From positions 640,001-704,000 of the forward strand of contig CAWKKR010000008.1 of the NCBI GenBank assembly GCA_963850305.1: 64,000 bases of DNA, written 5' to 3'. Source of the DNA: an uncultured delta proteobacterium (lineage in GTDB: Bacteria > Myxococcota_A > Polyangia > Polyangiales > Polyangiaceae). The position numbers were made by a program, and so were the translations under genes. The number at the start of each line of letters is the position of its first letter. Position 1 is the stretch's first letter. This document shows positions 1 to 9,427 of this stretch, in pieces. The notes under the pieces are model-generated. The model was not told the origin of the DNA. It made no database searches and was given only the letters and a program-made list of their open reading frames with translations.

Positions 1-759
1 CCCTTCGCGCGGGGAGCGGCTCGGTGGGAAGACGCACAGGGCGTCGGCATCGACCCCCGGTCGGTCGCGTGGCTCGGACCGGAGTCGGCAAGCCTCGGAA
101 ATCTCGTGAGAAAGGGACGTGTGCGTCTCGACGCTGCAAAGTTCGAGGGAGCACGCGTGGTCGGGAAGTGGACGGATGATGTTCCCTGGCTCCTGGAACG
201 ACACGTGGGGCGAGGGTTGGCGTTGACGTCGGGATTGCCCGCTTCGCTCGAAGACAGCGAGCTCGCGCTCCGTCCCGGGTTCCTGGCGCTGCTCGATCAC
301 GTGCTCACCCAGGCGGATCAGCGCGGAGGCTCGCGACGCACGACCGCCGGCGCCACGTGGACATTTCCCGAGGCGAAGCACGTGACCGTCCGCGGCCCGG
401 ATGACGCGGTACCCGTCGTCGCCGAACCGAGCGACGAAGCGTGCGCCGAACGCGGTGCCCAGCCAGGCTGCGGTGACACCATCCTGGCCGCGACACCGAC
501 AATCCGCGGCCGGTACGCCGTTCACATCGACGGTGCGACGGAGACGCGCGTCGTGACGCTCGACCCTCGGGAGATCCTCGACGAACCCCACCCGCGCGCG
601 ACAGCGTTTCGAGCCGCGGCGGATTCCGGGGGCGCTCCGGTCAGCGCGTCGCGCGAAACCGCGACCGTTCTCATCGCGCTCCTCGCGCTCGAGCTCGCCG
701 TGCGGCTCTTCCGCAAATGGACCGCGCGACGTCAGGATGATTCCGCGACCGCGACGTGA
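1..759 (+). CDS. 3' part of a membrane-anchored protein, BatA/vWA-associated type (5' truncated by the window)
   Basis: Frame is open from base 1. Contains LERHVGRG...SELALRPGFLALL and a C-terminal TM helix LIALLALELAVRLFRKW. Confidence 0.55.
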   Translation, partial: PFARGAARWEDAQGVGIDPRSVAWLGPESASLGNLVRKGRVRLDAAKFEGARVVGKWTDDVPWLLERHVGRGLALTSGLPASLEDSELALRPGFLALLDHVLTQADQRGGSRRTTAGATWTFPEAKHVTVRGPDDAVPVVAEPSDEACAERGAQPGCGDTILAATPTIRGRYAVHIDGATETRVVTLDPREILDEPHPRATAFRAAADSGGAPVSASRETATVLIALLALELAVRLFRKWTARRQDDSATAT

Positions 760-774
760 TAATCCGTGCGGGCC

Positions 775-1338
775 ATGAGACGCGCCTTCGTAGCGTTTGC
801 CACGGGTCTGCTGTGGACGGGAGCAACCGCGATGCTCACCGCGTGTGGTTCGGCGGGTCCTTACGGGCATAGCCGCGTTTACTCCCCTCTCGACGAGGAG
901 AAAGTCGCAACGACCAACTCTCTCGAATACGACCCCGTCATGGCCAAGCGGTCCCCCGAGAAGTGGAAGGGGAAGCTCATCAGTCTGTTCGGTGTGGTCG
1001 TCGACCGGCAGCCGGGCTCGGGCGGGAACGCGGAAGTGAAGCTGAGCGTCCGCACGCTCGAGCCACGCAATCTGTGCGATTCAGAGGACGAAGACTCGTG
1101 CCGCGTGACCGTGAGCGACCATGAATACGACGTGGTGCACGCGCTCCTGCACCTTTCGACGGCGGACGATCTGGGCGAGCACAGCGTCGGGTTGGGCTCG
1201 CTGGTGCGGGTGGTCGGCACGCTGAGCGACGATGTCGACCCGTCCGACGGTGAGCCCATACTCAAGGCGACGTACTATCGTCACTGGCCGCGCGGGTTCT
1301 ACGTGACGACGGCCGATCGTTCGCTGATGCGCCGCTAG
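775..1338 (+). CDS. Lipoprotein, possibly Slp/OB-fold-like
   Basis: Signal peptide with lipobox LTAC. The pattern G-K-x-I-x-L-F-G-V-V...VRVVGTL...P-I-L...W resembles Slp. Alternative GTG start at 766. Confidence 0.55.
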   Translation: MRRAFVAFATGLLWTGATAMLTACGSAGPYGHSRVYSPLDEEKVATTNSLEYDPVMAKRSPEKWKGKLISLFGVVVDRQPGSGGNAEVKLSVRTLEPRNLCDSEDEDSCRVTVSDHEYDVVHALLHLSTADDLGEHSVGLGSLVRVVGTLSDDVDPSDGEPILKATYYRHWPRGFYVTTADRSLMRR

Positions 1339-1485
1339 GGCCAGAGTGGCCGGCGCGGGCCGTCAGGACCGTGCTCCGAAGCAAAGTGCCGGTCCGGCCC
1401 CGAACCTCTCCACGCTTTCACCTTCCTGTGCGTCCCGGAAGGCACTGCCTCGTCAAACGCCGCTGCGGATGTTAAAAGCGCTCGC

Positions 1486-2472
1486 ATGAACCTGCCCGCG
1501 CGACGAACTCGACGGTCCGCGGCTCTCGGAGCCGGCCTCGTGTGCGTGGCGACGATGGCGCACGCGACGATCGTGGAGCGGGTCGTTGCGATCGTCGGAG
1601 AGCAGGCGATCTTGCTGAGCGATCTGCGCGATCGGGCCAAGCCGTACCTCGCGCGTATCGAACAACAGTCGCCGGACGACGCACAGCGAGCGGGGGCGAC
1701 GTCGACGCTGTACGGCACGCTCGTCGAACGGCTGGTCGAGGAGCAGCTGGAGCAGAAGGCCGCGGCACACGCGAACATCACGGTGACGGCGCACGAGGTC
1801 GACGAGGCGCTCGACCGGATCGCGTCGCAGAACAACGTGCCGCTCCAGCGAGTGATGGACGAGGCGACGAAGAGCGGGCTCACGGAACAGAGCTACCGCC
1901 AGGAGATCCGCCGGCAGCTTCTCGAAGCGAAGCTGATGAACCTGCGGATCCAGGGGAGGCTCCGTGTGACGGACGAGGACGTCCACGCGGCATACCAGCG
2001 TCTCGTCGCGGACGAGCGCAAGACCCTCGGGTTCAGCGCAGCGTGGATCCGCGTTTCGGCGCCCCACTCGCTCGATGCAAAGACGATGCGGGCTCGACGC
2101 ATGGAGGTCGATCGGATCGTCGCGGCGGCGCGGCACGGAGCAGACTTCGGCGCGCTCGCCCGGGAGTACTCGCAGGACCGGGGCACGCGCGACTCGGGCG
2201 GCGTCATCGGCAAGCTCAAACCCGGGCAGCTGCCGGCGCAGCTCGACGCGGTCGCGATGAGCCTCGAGGTCGGCGACGTGTCCCCGCCGATCCGCTACGG
2301 CGACGACTTCGTCATCTTGAAGCTGGTGTCGCGCGACGAATCTCAGCTCCCGGGTTTCCAGGAGTCTCACGACGAGCTCGCCCAGCGCGTCTACATGGAA
2401 AAGATGAACGAGGCGCGCAAGCGCTGGCTCGACAACCTTCGCCGACAAACTCACGTCGAAGTACGGCTCTGA
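1486..2472 (+). CDS. surA: SurA-like chaperone/parvulin peptidyl-prolyl isomerase
   Basis: Signal peptide; N-terminal ERVVAIVGEQAILLSD; PPIase motifs FGALAREYSQD, GGVIG, GDVSPPIR. Confidence 0.8.
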   Translation: MNLPARRTRRSAALGAGLVCVATMAHATIVERVVAIVGEQAILLSDLRDRAKPYLARIEQQSPDDAQRAGATSTLYGTLVERLVEEQLEQKAAAHANITVTAHEVDEALDRIASQNNVPLQRVMDEATKSGLTEQSYRQEIRRQLLEAKLMNLRIQGRLRVTDEDVHAAYQRLVADERKTLGFSAAWIRVSAPHSLDAKTMRARRMEVDRIVAAARHGADFGALAREYSQDRGTRDSGGVIGKLKPGQLPAQLDAVAMSLEVGDVSPPIRYGDDFVILKLVSRDESQLPGFQESHDELAQRVYMEKMNEARKRWLDNLRRQTHVEVRL

Positions 2473-2652
2473 GCCCAGCGGGACGCGCACCCGTCGGGCG
2501 CCAAGCGGCAAGGGGGCCAAGCGGCAAACTGGACGGGGGAAGCCAAGGAAGAACCCCGGGGAGTTTGATTGTGTGCGCCTCAACAGGACGCGCAGGCCCA
2601 AATATGGCCTCGTGGGGGTGCGTGAGGTACCAAAAGCGGCCATTCCCCGTGC

Positions 2653-2682
2653 TTGACAGTCGCCGGCCGACTTCGAAATAAT
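2653..2682 (+). promoter_or_regulatory. Candidate sigma70 promoter TTGACA-N18-AATAAT for the HK/EAL/kinase operon
   Basis: Perfect -35 at 2653-2658 and a 5/6 -10 match at 2677-2682. The spacer holds a near-palindrome, AGTCGCCGGCCGACT. Confidence 0.5.
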
Positions 2683-2789
2683 GCGACGATGGGAGGTAGC
2701 TTCGTGTTCCGTGCCTGCAGAGACAACGCAGCCACGCGGACACGCCGATCCAACGCGACGCTGCGGAAGCGATTCCGGACGGGCCGTTT

Positions 2790-4022
2790 GTGACCGACGC
2801 GAGCGCAGAGCGGCCGACGGCAGAGCAGCCCCCGCTACCGGGCGTGCTCGTAGTGGACGACGCGGAGGCGAGCCTCGTGGCACTGAGCGCGCTGCTCGGC
2901 GACATGAAGTGCACCGTCTCCTTGGCCCGTTCGGGCAACGACGCGCTCCGGCAACTCCTCGAGCGGGACTTCGCGGTGATGCTGCTCGACGTCCAGATGC
3001 CGGACATGGACGGCTACGAGGTCGCGCGACATGCCCGACAGAATCCGGGGACGCGAAACGTCCCCATCATCTTCGTCACGGCGAGCCCCGACACGGAAGA
3101 CACGCTCCTTCGAGGCTATGGGACGGGCGCGGTGGACTTCCTGTTCAAGCCGATCAACGGAGAAGTGCTGCGGAGCAAGGTCCGCGTCTTCCTGGATCTG
3201 CACGCGGGGAGCCAGCGCCTCAAGCGGGCGAATGCCGAGCTCGAGCAAGCGTATAGGGATCTTCGAACCACGCAATCTCAGCTCATTCAATCCGCGAAGA
3301 TGGCGTCCCTCGGCGAGCTCGTTGCCGGCGTTGCCCACGAGATCAACAACCCTCTCGCCTTCGCCCTCAGCCACCTCGACACGGTCGAGCGCAGTCTTTT
3401 ACGATGCAAGTCGGAGATCGGCACCGCATTGCCGGGAGCCGCCCAGGAGCAGTGGGATCGCGCGACGAATCGACTGGAGGAGATGCGCATCGGACTCGAG
3501 AGAATCCGTCATCTCGTATTGAAACTGAGAACCTTCTCCAGGCTGGACGAGGGAGAGCGGACGCTCATCAGCGTCAAGGACGGCATCGATTCGATCCTGA
3601 CGATCCTGGGTCATCGGTTCGGCGATCGAATCCAGGTGGACGTCACGATCGGCGAACCCGACATGATCGAGTGCAGTCCCGGTCTCTTCAATGAAGCGCT
3701 CGCCAACCTCGTGTCGAACGCCATCGATGCGATCGACGGCAAGGGGACGATCACGATTCAGGCGGGACGCTCCGGCGATTCGTATTCCATCTCGGTTTCC
3801 GACACGGGCCGAGGGATCCCCGAGTCGCTGCGCGAGCGAGTGCTCGATCCATTCTTCACGACCAAGCCGATCGGAGAGGGTACCGGGCTCGGGCTCTCCA
3901 TCTCTTACGGCATCGTGCGCAAGCACGGGGGAGTTCTCGAGATAGGAGCCGCCGAGGGCGGCGGGGCGCGGGTCGCCATTTCCATCCCCCTCGCACCGGC
4001 CGAAAACGAGGGATCATCATGA
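2790..4022 (+). CDS. Hybrid sensor kinase REC-HisKA-HATPase
   Basis: REC LLDVQMP; H-box AHEINNPL; N box NLVSNAIDA; G boxes DTGRG, FFTTK, GTGLGL. Confidence 0.92.
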   Translation: MTDASAERPTAEQPPLPGVLVVDDAEASLVALSALLGDMKCTVSLARSGNDALRQLLERDFAVMLLDVQMPDMDGYEVARHARQNPGTRNVPIIFVTASPDTEDTLLRGYGTGAVDFLFKPINGEVLRSKVRVFLDLHAGSQRLKRANAELEQAYRDLRTTQSQLIQSAKMASLGELVAGVAHEINNPLAFALSHLDTVERSLLRCKSEIGTALPGAAQEQWDRATNRLEEMRIGLERIRHLVLKLRTFSRLDEGERTLISVKDGIDSILTILGHRFGDRIQVDVTIGEPDMIECSPGLFNEALANLVSNAIDAIDGKGTITIQAGRSGDSYSISVSDTGRGIPESLRERVLDPFFTTKPIGEGTGLGLSISYGIVRKHGGVLEIGAAEGGGARVAISIPLAPAENEGSS

Positions 4023-7009
4023 TGACCGCGAAGAAGGAGCGGGTCCTCGTCGTCGACGACGAGCCGCAAGTGCTGGTGGCGCTCGAGGATCTCCTCGACG
4101 ACTCGTATGTCGTTCTCAAGTCGGAATCTCCCGAGCGCGCGCTCCGGCTGGTCGAAGCCGAGCCGGACATCGCGGTCATCCTCTCCGATCAGCGCATGCC
4201 GCACATGACGGGCGATGAGTTCTTCGCGCGTCTGGATGGACGGTCCGAGGCGACGCGCATCATGGTCACCGGATTCGCGGATCTGTCCGCGGTCGTCCGA
4301 GCCGTGAACGACGGAAAGATCTTCGCGTACGTCACGAAGCCGTGGAACCCGGAAGACCTCAAGCTCGTGGTCCACAAGGGCGCCGATTACTTCCGGCTCG
4401 CGAAGGAGCTCGCGTACGAGCGCCAGCTCTTGCACGATCTGATGGACAACGTTCCGGACGGCATCTATTTCAAGGATCTCGACCTTCACTTCGTGCGAGC
4501 GAACCGCCCCGTCCTCGCGCTGCTCGACGGCGGGGATTCGGCAAAGCTGGTCGGAAAGCGTCTCGTGGACGTTGCACCGCATGAGTCCGACGCGCTCGCG
4601 ACGGAAGCCGAAGAGCGCCGGATCCTTCTTCATGGGCGACCCGCCCTCGACGTGGTTCGAGGTTTCCCGCGGCACGGACGTCAACTCTGGATTTCGGAGT
4701 CCAAGGCGCCCATCCGGAGTCCGAAGGGGGAGATCATCGGCCTCGTCGGAATTTCACGAGACGTCACCGAACGCATCGAAATAGAGGAAGCCTTGCGTTC
4801 GAGCGAGGAGCGGCTGCAGCTCACGTTTCGCGGCTCCGCCGCGGGGCTCTTCGACTGGAACATCATCACCGGCGAGATGCTTTTTTCCCCGAGCTTCGGT
4901 GCCCTTCTGGGCCACCCGGAACCCGGATGGACGGAGTCGCCGGCGGTCCTCGCCGCGCGATTACATCCCGATGACCTGCCGAACGTTCGCCAGGCGCTCC
5001 GTCGGCATTTCGATGACCACGAGCCTTTCAACAACCTCGAATTGCGGGGGCTTCGCGACGGGGAGTATCACTGGTTCCTCGCGAGCGGGCAGGCCGTGTG
5101 GAACGACGCAGGCGACGCGACGCGCCTCGCCGGGTCGATCACCGACATCACCCTGCGCAAGGTCCAGGAAGCGCGTATCAATCGGCTGACGCGCATCCAC
5201 GCGGTTCTGGGCGGCATCAACGCAGCGATCGTACGAACCGTGGATCGGGATTCGCTCATCCAGGAATCGTGCCGGATCGCGGTGGACGTCGGAGAGTTCG
5301 CGCTCGCCGTGGTCGCGAGCGTCGACCCCGTGGAGTTGATTGCTTGGGAGAAGGCACGAGCTCCATTCATCGAGGTCGTGAAGAGCGCCATCGCCGGCGG
5401 CGGCGTCCTTCCCGGCGGGCTCCTGGAACGAATCCGCGACACCCGGCGTCCGCTGGTCTTCAACGACGTCGCCGCGGACGCGACCATCCCACTGGGCCCC
5501 GACCTGATCGGGCACGGTTACCGTGCGCTCGCGGTGTTCCCCTTGCTCACGTCCGGACGAGTCGACTGCGCGCTTGCGCTGTTCTCGGAACACAGTGGCG
5601 TCTTCGACAGCACCGAGGTGAAGCTGTTGACCGAGCTGGCCGAGAATATTTCATTCGCTCTCGAACACGCCGCCCAGGCCGAGCGGCTCAATTTCCTCGC
5701 CTACTACGACGCACTGACGAGACTGCCGAACCGCGATCTGCTCCGAGATCGCGTGTCCCAGCAGATCGCAGCCTGCCGTGGCAACGGGTTCAAGCTCGCG
5801 GTGCTACTCATCGACATCGGGCGATTTCGTCACGTCAACGAGACGCTCGGGCGCCGCGGCGGCGACGACCTTCTCGTGCAGGTAGCCGGCCGATTGAAGG
5901 CCGCCTTCGCTCCGCAAGACACTGTCGCGAGGTTCGACAGCAATACGTTCGCCGTGGTCATCGGCTCCGTCGACGAAGAATCGGATGTCGCGCTGTTCAT
6001 CGAGAATCGGCTCCTGCCGGAGCTCCGGGAGTCCTTCATGGTGGAAGGCACGGAGCTCCGGATCTCCGCGCGCTGTGGCATCGCCCTGTCCCCCTCGGAC
6101 GGCCAGGACCCGGACGCATTGCTCGGCAACGCGGAAGCCGCAGTCAAGAACGCAAAGTCAATCGGTCAAGCGTACATGTTCTACGCGCCGAGCATGAACG
6201 CGCGCGTCGCCGAAAAGTTGACGCTCGAAACCAAGTTGCGCCGGGCGGTCGACAAGGACGAGTTCCTGCTGCATTACCAGCCCAAGGTCGACTTCAAGAC
6301 GGGCTCCGTCGTCGGACTCGAGGCGCTCATCCGCTGGCGCGACCCGATGAATGGCTTGATCCCGCCGGGCCAGTTCATTCCCGTGCTCGAGGACACGGGG
6401 TTGATCCTGGAAGTGGGCCGCTGGGTGCTCAGGCGCGCGGCCGCGCAATATACGGAGTGGGTGAACCGAGGGCTTGCACCTCCTCGAATTGCGGTAAACG
6501 TGTCTGCCATACAGCTCGCGCAGAAGGACTTCGTGAACTCGATAGATACGATGCTCAAGAACCATCCCTTGGCCGCCGAGGGTGTGGATCTCGAGATCAC
6601 GGAGAGCGTGTTCGTCGAAGACCTGACGGGCAACGCGGAGAAGTTGCGATTGGCCCGAGCGCGAGGGCTGGAGGTCGCCATCGACGATTTCGGTACCGGT
6701 TATTCGTCCCTCGGGTACCTGAGCCGGCTTCCGATCGACGCGTTGAAGATCGACAGATCCTTCGTCATTCGGATGCTGGAGGATCCGCGCGATACGTCGA
6801 TCGTGACGACAATCATCTCCCTCGCTCATTCCCTCGACTTGAAGGTCGTCGCGGAGGGCGTCGAGACGACCCAGCAAGCGCATCTCCTTCGGCTCCTCAA
6901 GTGCGACCAGATGCAGGGTTATCTCGCGTCGAAACCGCTGCCTCCCGAGGAGCTCGAGAAGGTGCTGGGGACGACTCTCCTCGAGTTGAACACCAAGGAC
7001 TCATCCTGA
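4019..7009 (+). CDS. REC-PAS-PAS-GAF-degenerate GGDEF-EAL c-di-GMP phosphodiesterase
   Basis: REC ILSDQRMP; two PAS/PAC; GAF; GGDEF replaced by DSNTF; intact EAL, EITES, DDFGTGYSSL, KIDRSF, AEGVE, QGY. Confidence 0.92.
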   Translation: MMTAKKERVLVVDDEPQVLVALEDLLDDSYVVLKSESPERALRLVEAEPDIAVILSDQRMPHMTGDEFFARLDGRSEATRIMVTGFADLSAVVRAVNDGKIFAYVTKPWNPEDLKLVVHKGADYFRLAKELAYERQLLHDLMDNVPDGIYFKDLDLHFVRANRPVLALLDGGDSAKLVGKRLVDVAPHESDALATEAEERRILLHGRPALDVVRGFPRHGRQLWISESKAPIRSPKGEIIGLVGISRDVTERIEIEEALRSSEERLQLTFRGSAAGLFDWNIITGEMLFSPSFGALLGHPEPGWTESPAVLAARLHPDDLPNVRQALRRHFDDHEPFNNLELRGLRDGEYHWFLASGQAVWNDAGDATRLAGSITDITLRKVQEARINRLTRIHAVLGGINAAIVRTVDRDSLIQESCRIAVDVGEFALAVVASVDPVELIAWEKARAPFIEVVKSAIAGGGVLPGGLLERIRDTRRPLVFNDVAADATIPLGPDLIGHGYRALAVFPLLTSGRVDCALALFSEHSGVFDSTEVKLLTELAENISFALEHAAQAERLNFLAYYDALTRLPNRDLLRDRVSQQIAACRGNGFKLAVLLIDIGRFRHVNETLGRRGGDDLLVQVAGRLKAAFAPQDTVARFDSNTFAVVIGSVDEESDVALFIENRLLPELRESFMVEGTELRISARCGIALSPSDGQDPDALLGNAEAAVKNAKSIGQAYMFYAPSMNARVAEKLTLETKLRRAVDKDEFLLHYQPKVDFKTGSVVGLEALIRWRDPMNGLIPPGQFIPVLEDTGLILEVGRWVLRRAAAQYTEWVNRGLAPPRIAVNVSAIQLAQKDFVNSIDTMLKNHPLAAEGVDLEITESVFVEDLTGNAEKLRLARARGLEVAIDDFGTGYSSLGYLSRLPIDALKIDRSFVIRMLEDPRDTSIVTTIISLAHSLDLKVVAEGVETTQQAHLLRLLKCDQMQGYLASKPLPPEELEKVLGTTLLELNTKDSS

Positions 7010-7024
7010 AGTAAGAGGGCTCGG

Positions 7025-8284
7025 ATGGATCGGAGAGAGATCGTCGTGAACACCCAAGCGTCGCCGAACGAATCCAGCATCGTGGATCGCCGTTACTTGT
7101 TACGAAGAGAGGTCGGCCGCGGAGACGTCTGCGTCGTGTACGAGGCCGTACACCAGATCACGCGGAGGGTCGTTGCGGTCAAACGCCTCCTGGAGTCGCA
7201 TCAGAACGACGAAGGCCTCCGGGGCAGGCTTCTCCACGAGGCTCAGGTGATCGCAGCGGTGTCACATCCGAACGTGGTGCAGGTCCTGGATGCGGGTCGA
7301 GACGAGACGGGCGTCCCTTACGTCATCCTCGAATACCTCGAGGGACGTTCGCTCGAGGGGTTGATCTCCGCTCGCGGCTTTCTCCGAGTGGTGGACGCCC
7401 TGCACATCGCTAAGGAAGTCTGCAGCGCCCTTTCGTCCATTCACGAAACCGGCGTCGCCCACCGAGACGTGAAGCCGTCCAACATTCTCGTGCTCGCCGG
7501 TTCGTCTTACGAAAACCTTCAAACCGCGCGCATCAAGCTCATCGACTTCGGCAAGGCCACGTCGTCGAGCCTCGGCGCGGCAGGAGGGGCGAAGGGAGGC
7601 GCCGGGGCCGACGAAACCGGACGACCCGAGTGGATGCTCGGAACCGAGGATCCCAACGTGGCCGCGGAGGACATCTTCGGCGTCGGCGCGACCTTGTTCG
7701 AGTGTCTCGTCGGGCGAAGCCCGCTGCGCGGTGGCCAGAGCGGATCGGCCTCCAGGACCACCGCGGCCCCTGTTCCTTCCCTGAAGGCGCTTCGCCCCGA
7801 GGTCCCCGACGTCGTCATGAGGCTCGTGGAGCGGGCACTTCACCGCGGCAACGAGGATGGCTTTTCCGACATGGCCGAGATGCAGAAGGCGCTCGTCGCG
7901 GCGACGGAAGCGATATCCCTCGATTCGCCCGTCGTGGATCGGTCGCGCCGGCGCCACGTACGCGCGCCGTACATCACGCCCGCTCGTTTGACGGTCGGTA
8001 CGCAGACCATCGACGGGCGAACCGAGGATCTCTCGGCCAACGGCCTGATGCTGCTCTTGCCCACCATGCCCGCGCAAGACGCGCGAGTTCAGATCAGATT
8101 CGCGCTGCCGACCACCGGCGCATACGTGGCGACGCAAGCCATCGTTCGGTGGAGGCGCCAGCAAGAAGGGCGCGCGCTGTCCTGCGCCGTCGGTATCGAA
8201 TTCACCGCGCTCCAGGCGGACGCTCGCGCGGCCATCGAGACGTTCGTTCGTATCGTCGGACAAGAGATGGACAGGCGAGGCTGA
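7025..8284 (+). CDS. Hanks-type Ser/Thr kinase with C-terminal PilZ domain
   Basis: Kinase motifs VAVK, alphaC E, HRDVKPSN, DFG. PilZ motifs RRHVR (RxxxR) and DLSANG (DxSxxG), ending VGIEF. Confidence 0.85.
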   Translation: MDRREIVVNTQASPNESSIVDRRYLLRREVGRGDVCVVYEAVHQITRRVVAVKRLLESHQNDEGLRGRLLHEAQVIAAVSHPNVVQVLDAGRDETGVPYVILEYLEGRSLEGLISARGFLRVVDALHIAKEVCSALSSIHETGVAHRDVKPSNILVLAGSSYENLQTARIKLIDFGKATSSSLGAAGGAKGGAGADETGRPEWMLGTEDPNVAAEDIFGVGATLFECLVGRSPLRGGQSGSASRTTAAPVPSLKALRPEVPDVVMRLVERALHRGNEDGFSDMAEMQKALVAATEAISLDSPVVDRSRRRHVRAPYITPARLTVGTQTIDGRTEDLSANGLMLLLPTMPAQDARVQIRFALPTTGAYVATQAIVRWRRQQEGRALSCAVGIEFTALQADARAAIETFVRIVGQEMDRRG

Positions 8285-8320
8285 CTCCGTGAGACCCGAG
8301 CGGAGGTCGAGCTCTCGGGT

Positions 8321-9427
8321 CTACGCAACCGTCCTCTTGCCAAAGACGGGGCCCGAAGACTCTGCTTTCTCCGTACGATTTCGGCCGGCGGCTTTCGCGG
8401 CATACAGCGCCGCGTCTGCAGCCGCGATGATCGTGACGACGTCCTCGTAACCCTGATCCGTTCCGGCCACCCCAAAACTGGCGGTGACGGACAGCATCGT
8501 TCGAGCCGCTTCGACCGACCTGCCCGAAAGAGAGCTACGGAGACGCTCGGCCACCCCCATGGCGTCGTCCGCTGGACACTCGGGCAGCACCGCGAGAAAT
8601 TCTTCCCCGCCCCATCGCCCGATGTCGTCGTGGATGCGTACGATTCCCTTCATCCGCTCCACGAACTCGACGAGCACCGCGTCTCCCGCGGGATGACCGT
8701 GGACGTCGTTGACCTGCTTGAAGTGGTCCACGTCCGAGAGAATCACCGATACCGGCCGGTGCGTGCGCTGACTTCGTGAGAGCTCCCTGCGAAGAACGTC
8801 CGCGATCGCGCCACGATTTTTCGCACCGGTGAGCGAATCGTAAAGCGCGCGCCGCTCGAGCTCCACCTGGGCTTCGAGCAACCGGTCCTGCAGGAGCACG
8901 ACCCGGCGGCCTGCGCGGATCCGGACTTCCAGCTCCTGCAGATCGATCGGTTTGCGGACGTAGTCGTCGGCGCCCGCCGTGAGCCCGTTGATCAGGTGCT
9001 GCTGACCGTCGCGTCCCGTGCAAAGAAGGACATAGACGTAGGGATCGTCGACGCGACTCCGGAGAACCCGGCACACCTCGATACCGCTCAAGCCCGGCAT
9101 CTCCCAGTCCAGCATGGCGAGGCGAGGCGCATCCGGTTTGAGCAGCATCGCGAGGGCTTTGGCGCCGTCGTGGGTCGCCGTGACGTCGTAACCCCACGAC
9201 GTGAGCGTCTCCTCGAGGTGCTCTCGAGAGAGCCGCTCGTCCTCCGCGAGAAGCAGCTTCACGCGACCGTCCGCGTTGCTCGCCGGCCTCCGGGTGGACG
9301 CGGGCGCCGCGATTATCTCTGGCGGCTGCGACAGGCGAACAGCCGGGTCCAGCGCGGCTTCTGGCGCGTCCGGTCCCCACGAGATCTTCACGCACTCATG
9401 AATACCCCAACCGGTCGAAGAGCGCAT
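8321..9427 (-). CDS. REC-GGDEF diguanylate cyclase (WspR/PleD-like)
   Basis: REC MLDWEMP; DVDHFKQVND; I-site RIHD; active site GGEEF. The true start may be GTG 9391 or later. Confidence 0.9.
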   Translation of the reverse strand: MRSSTGWGIHECVKISWGPDAPEAALDPAVRLSQPPEIIAAPASTRRPASNADGRVKLLLAEDERLSREHLEETLTSWGYDVTATHDGAKALAMLLKPDAPRLAMLDWEMPGLSGIEVCRVLRSRVDDPYVYVLLCTGRDGQQHLINGLTAGADDYVRKPIDLQELEVRIRAGRRVVLLQDRLLEAQVELERRALYDSLTGAKNRGAIADVLRRELSRSQRTHRPVSVILSDVDHFKQVNDVHGHPAGDAVLVEFVERMKGIVRIHDDIGRWGGEEFLAVLPECPADDAMGVAERLRSSLSGRSVEAARTMLSVTASFGVAGTDQGYEDVVTIIAAADAALYAAKAAGRNRTEKAESSGPVFGKRTVA

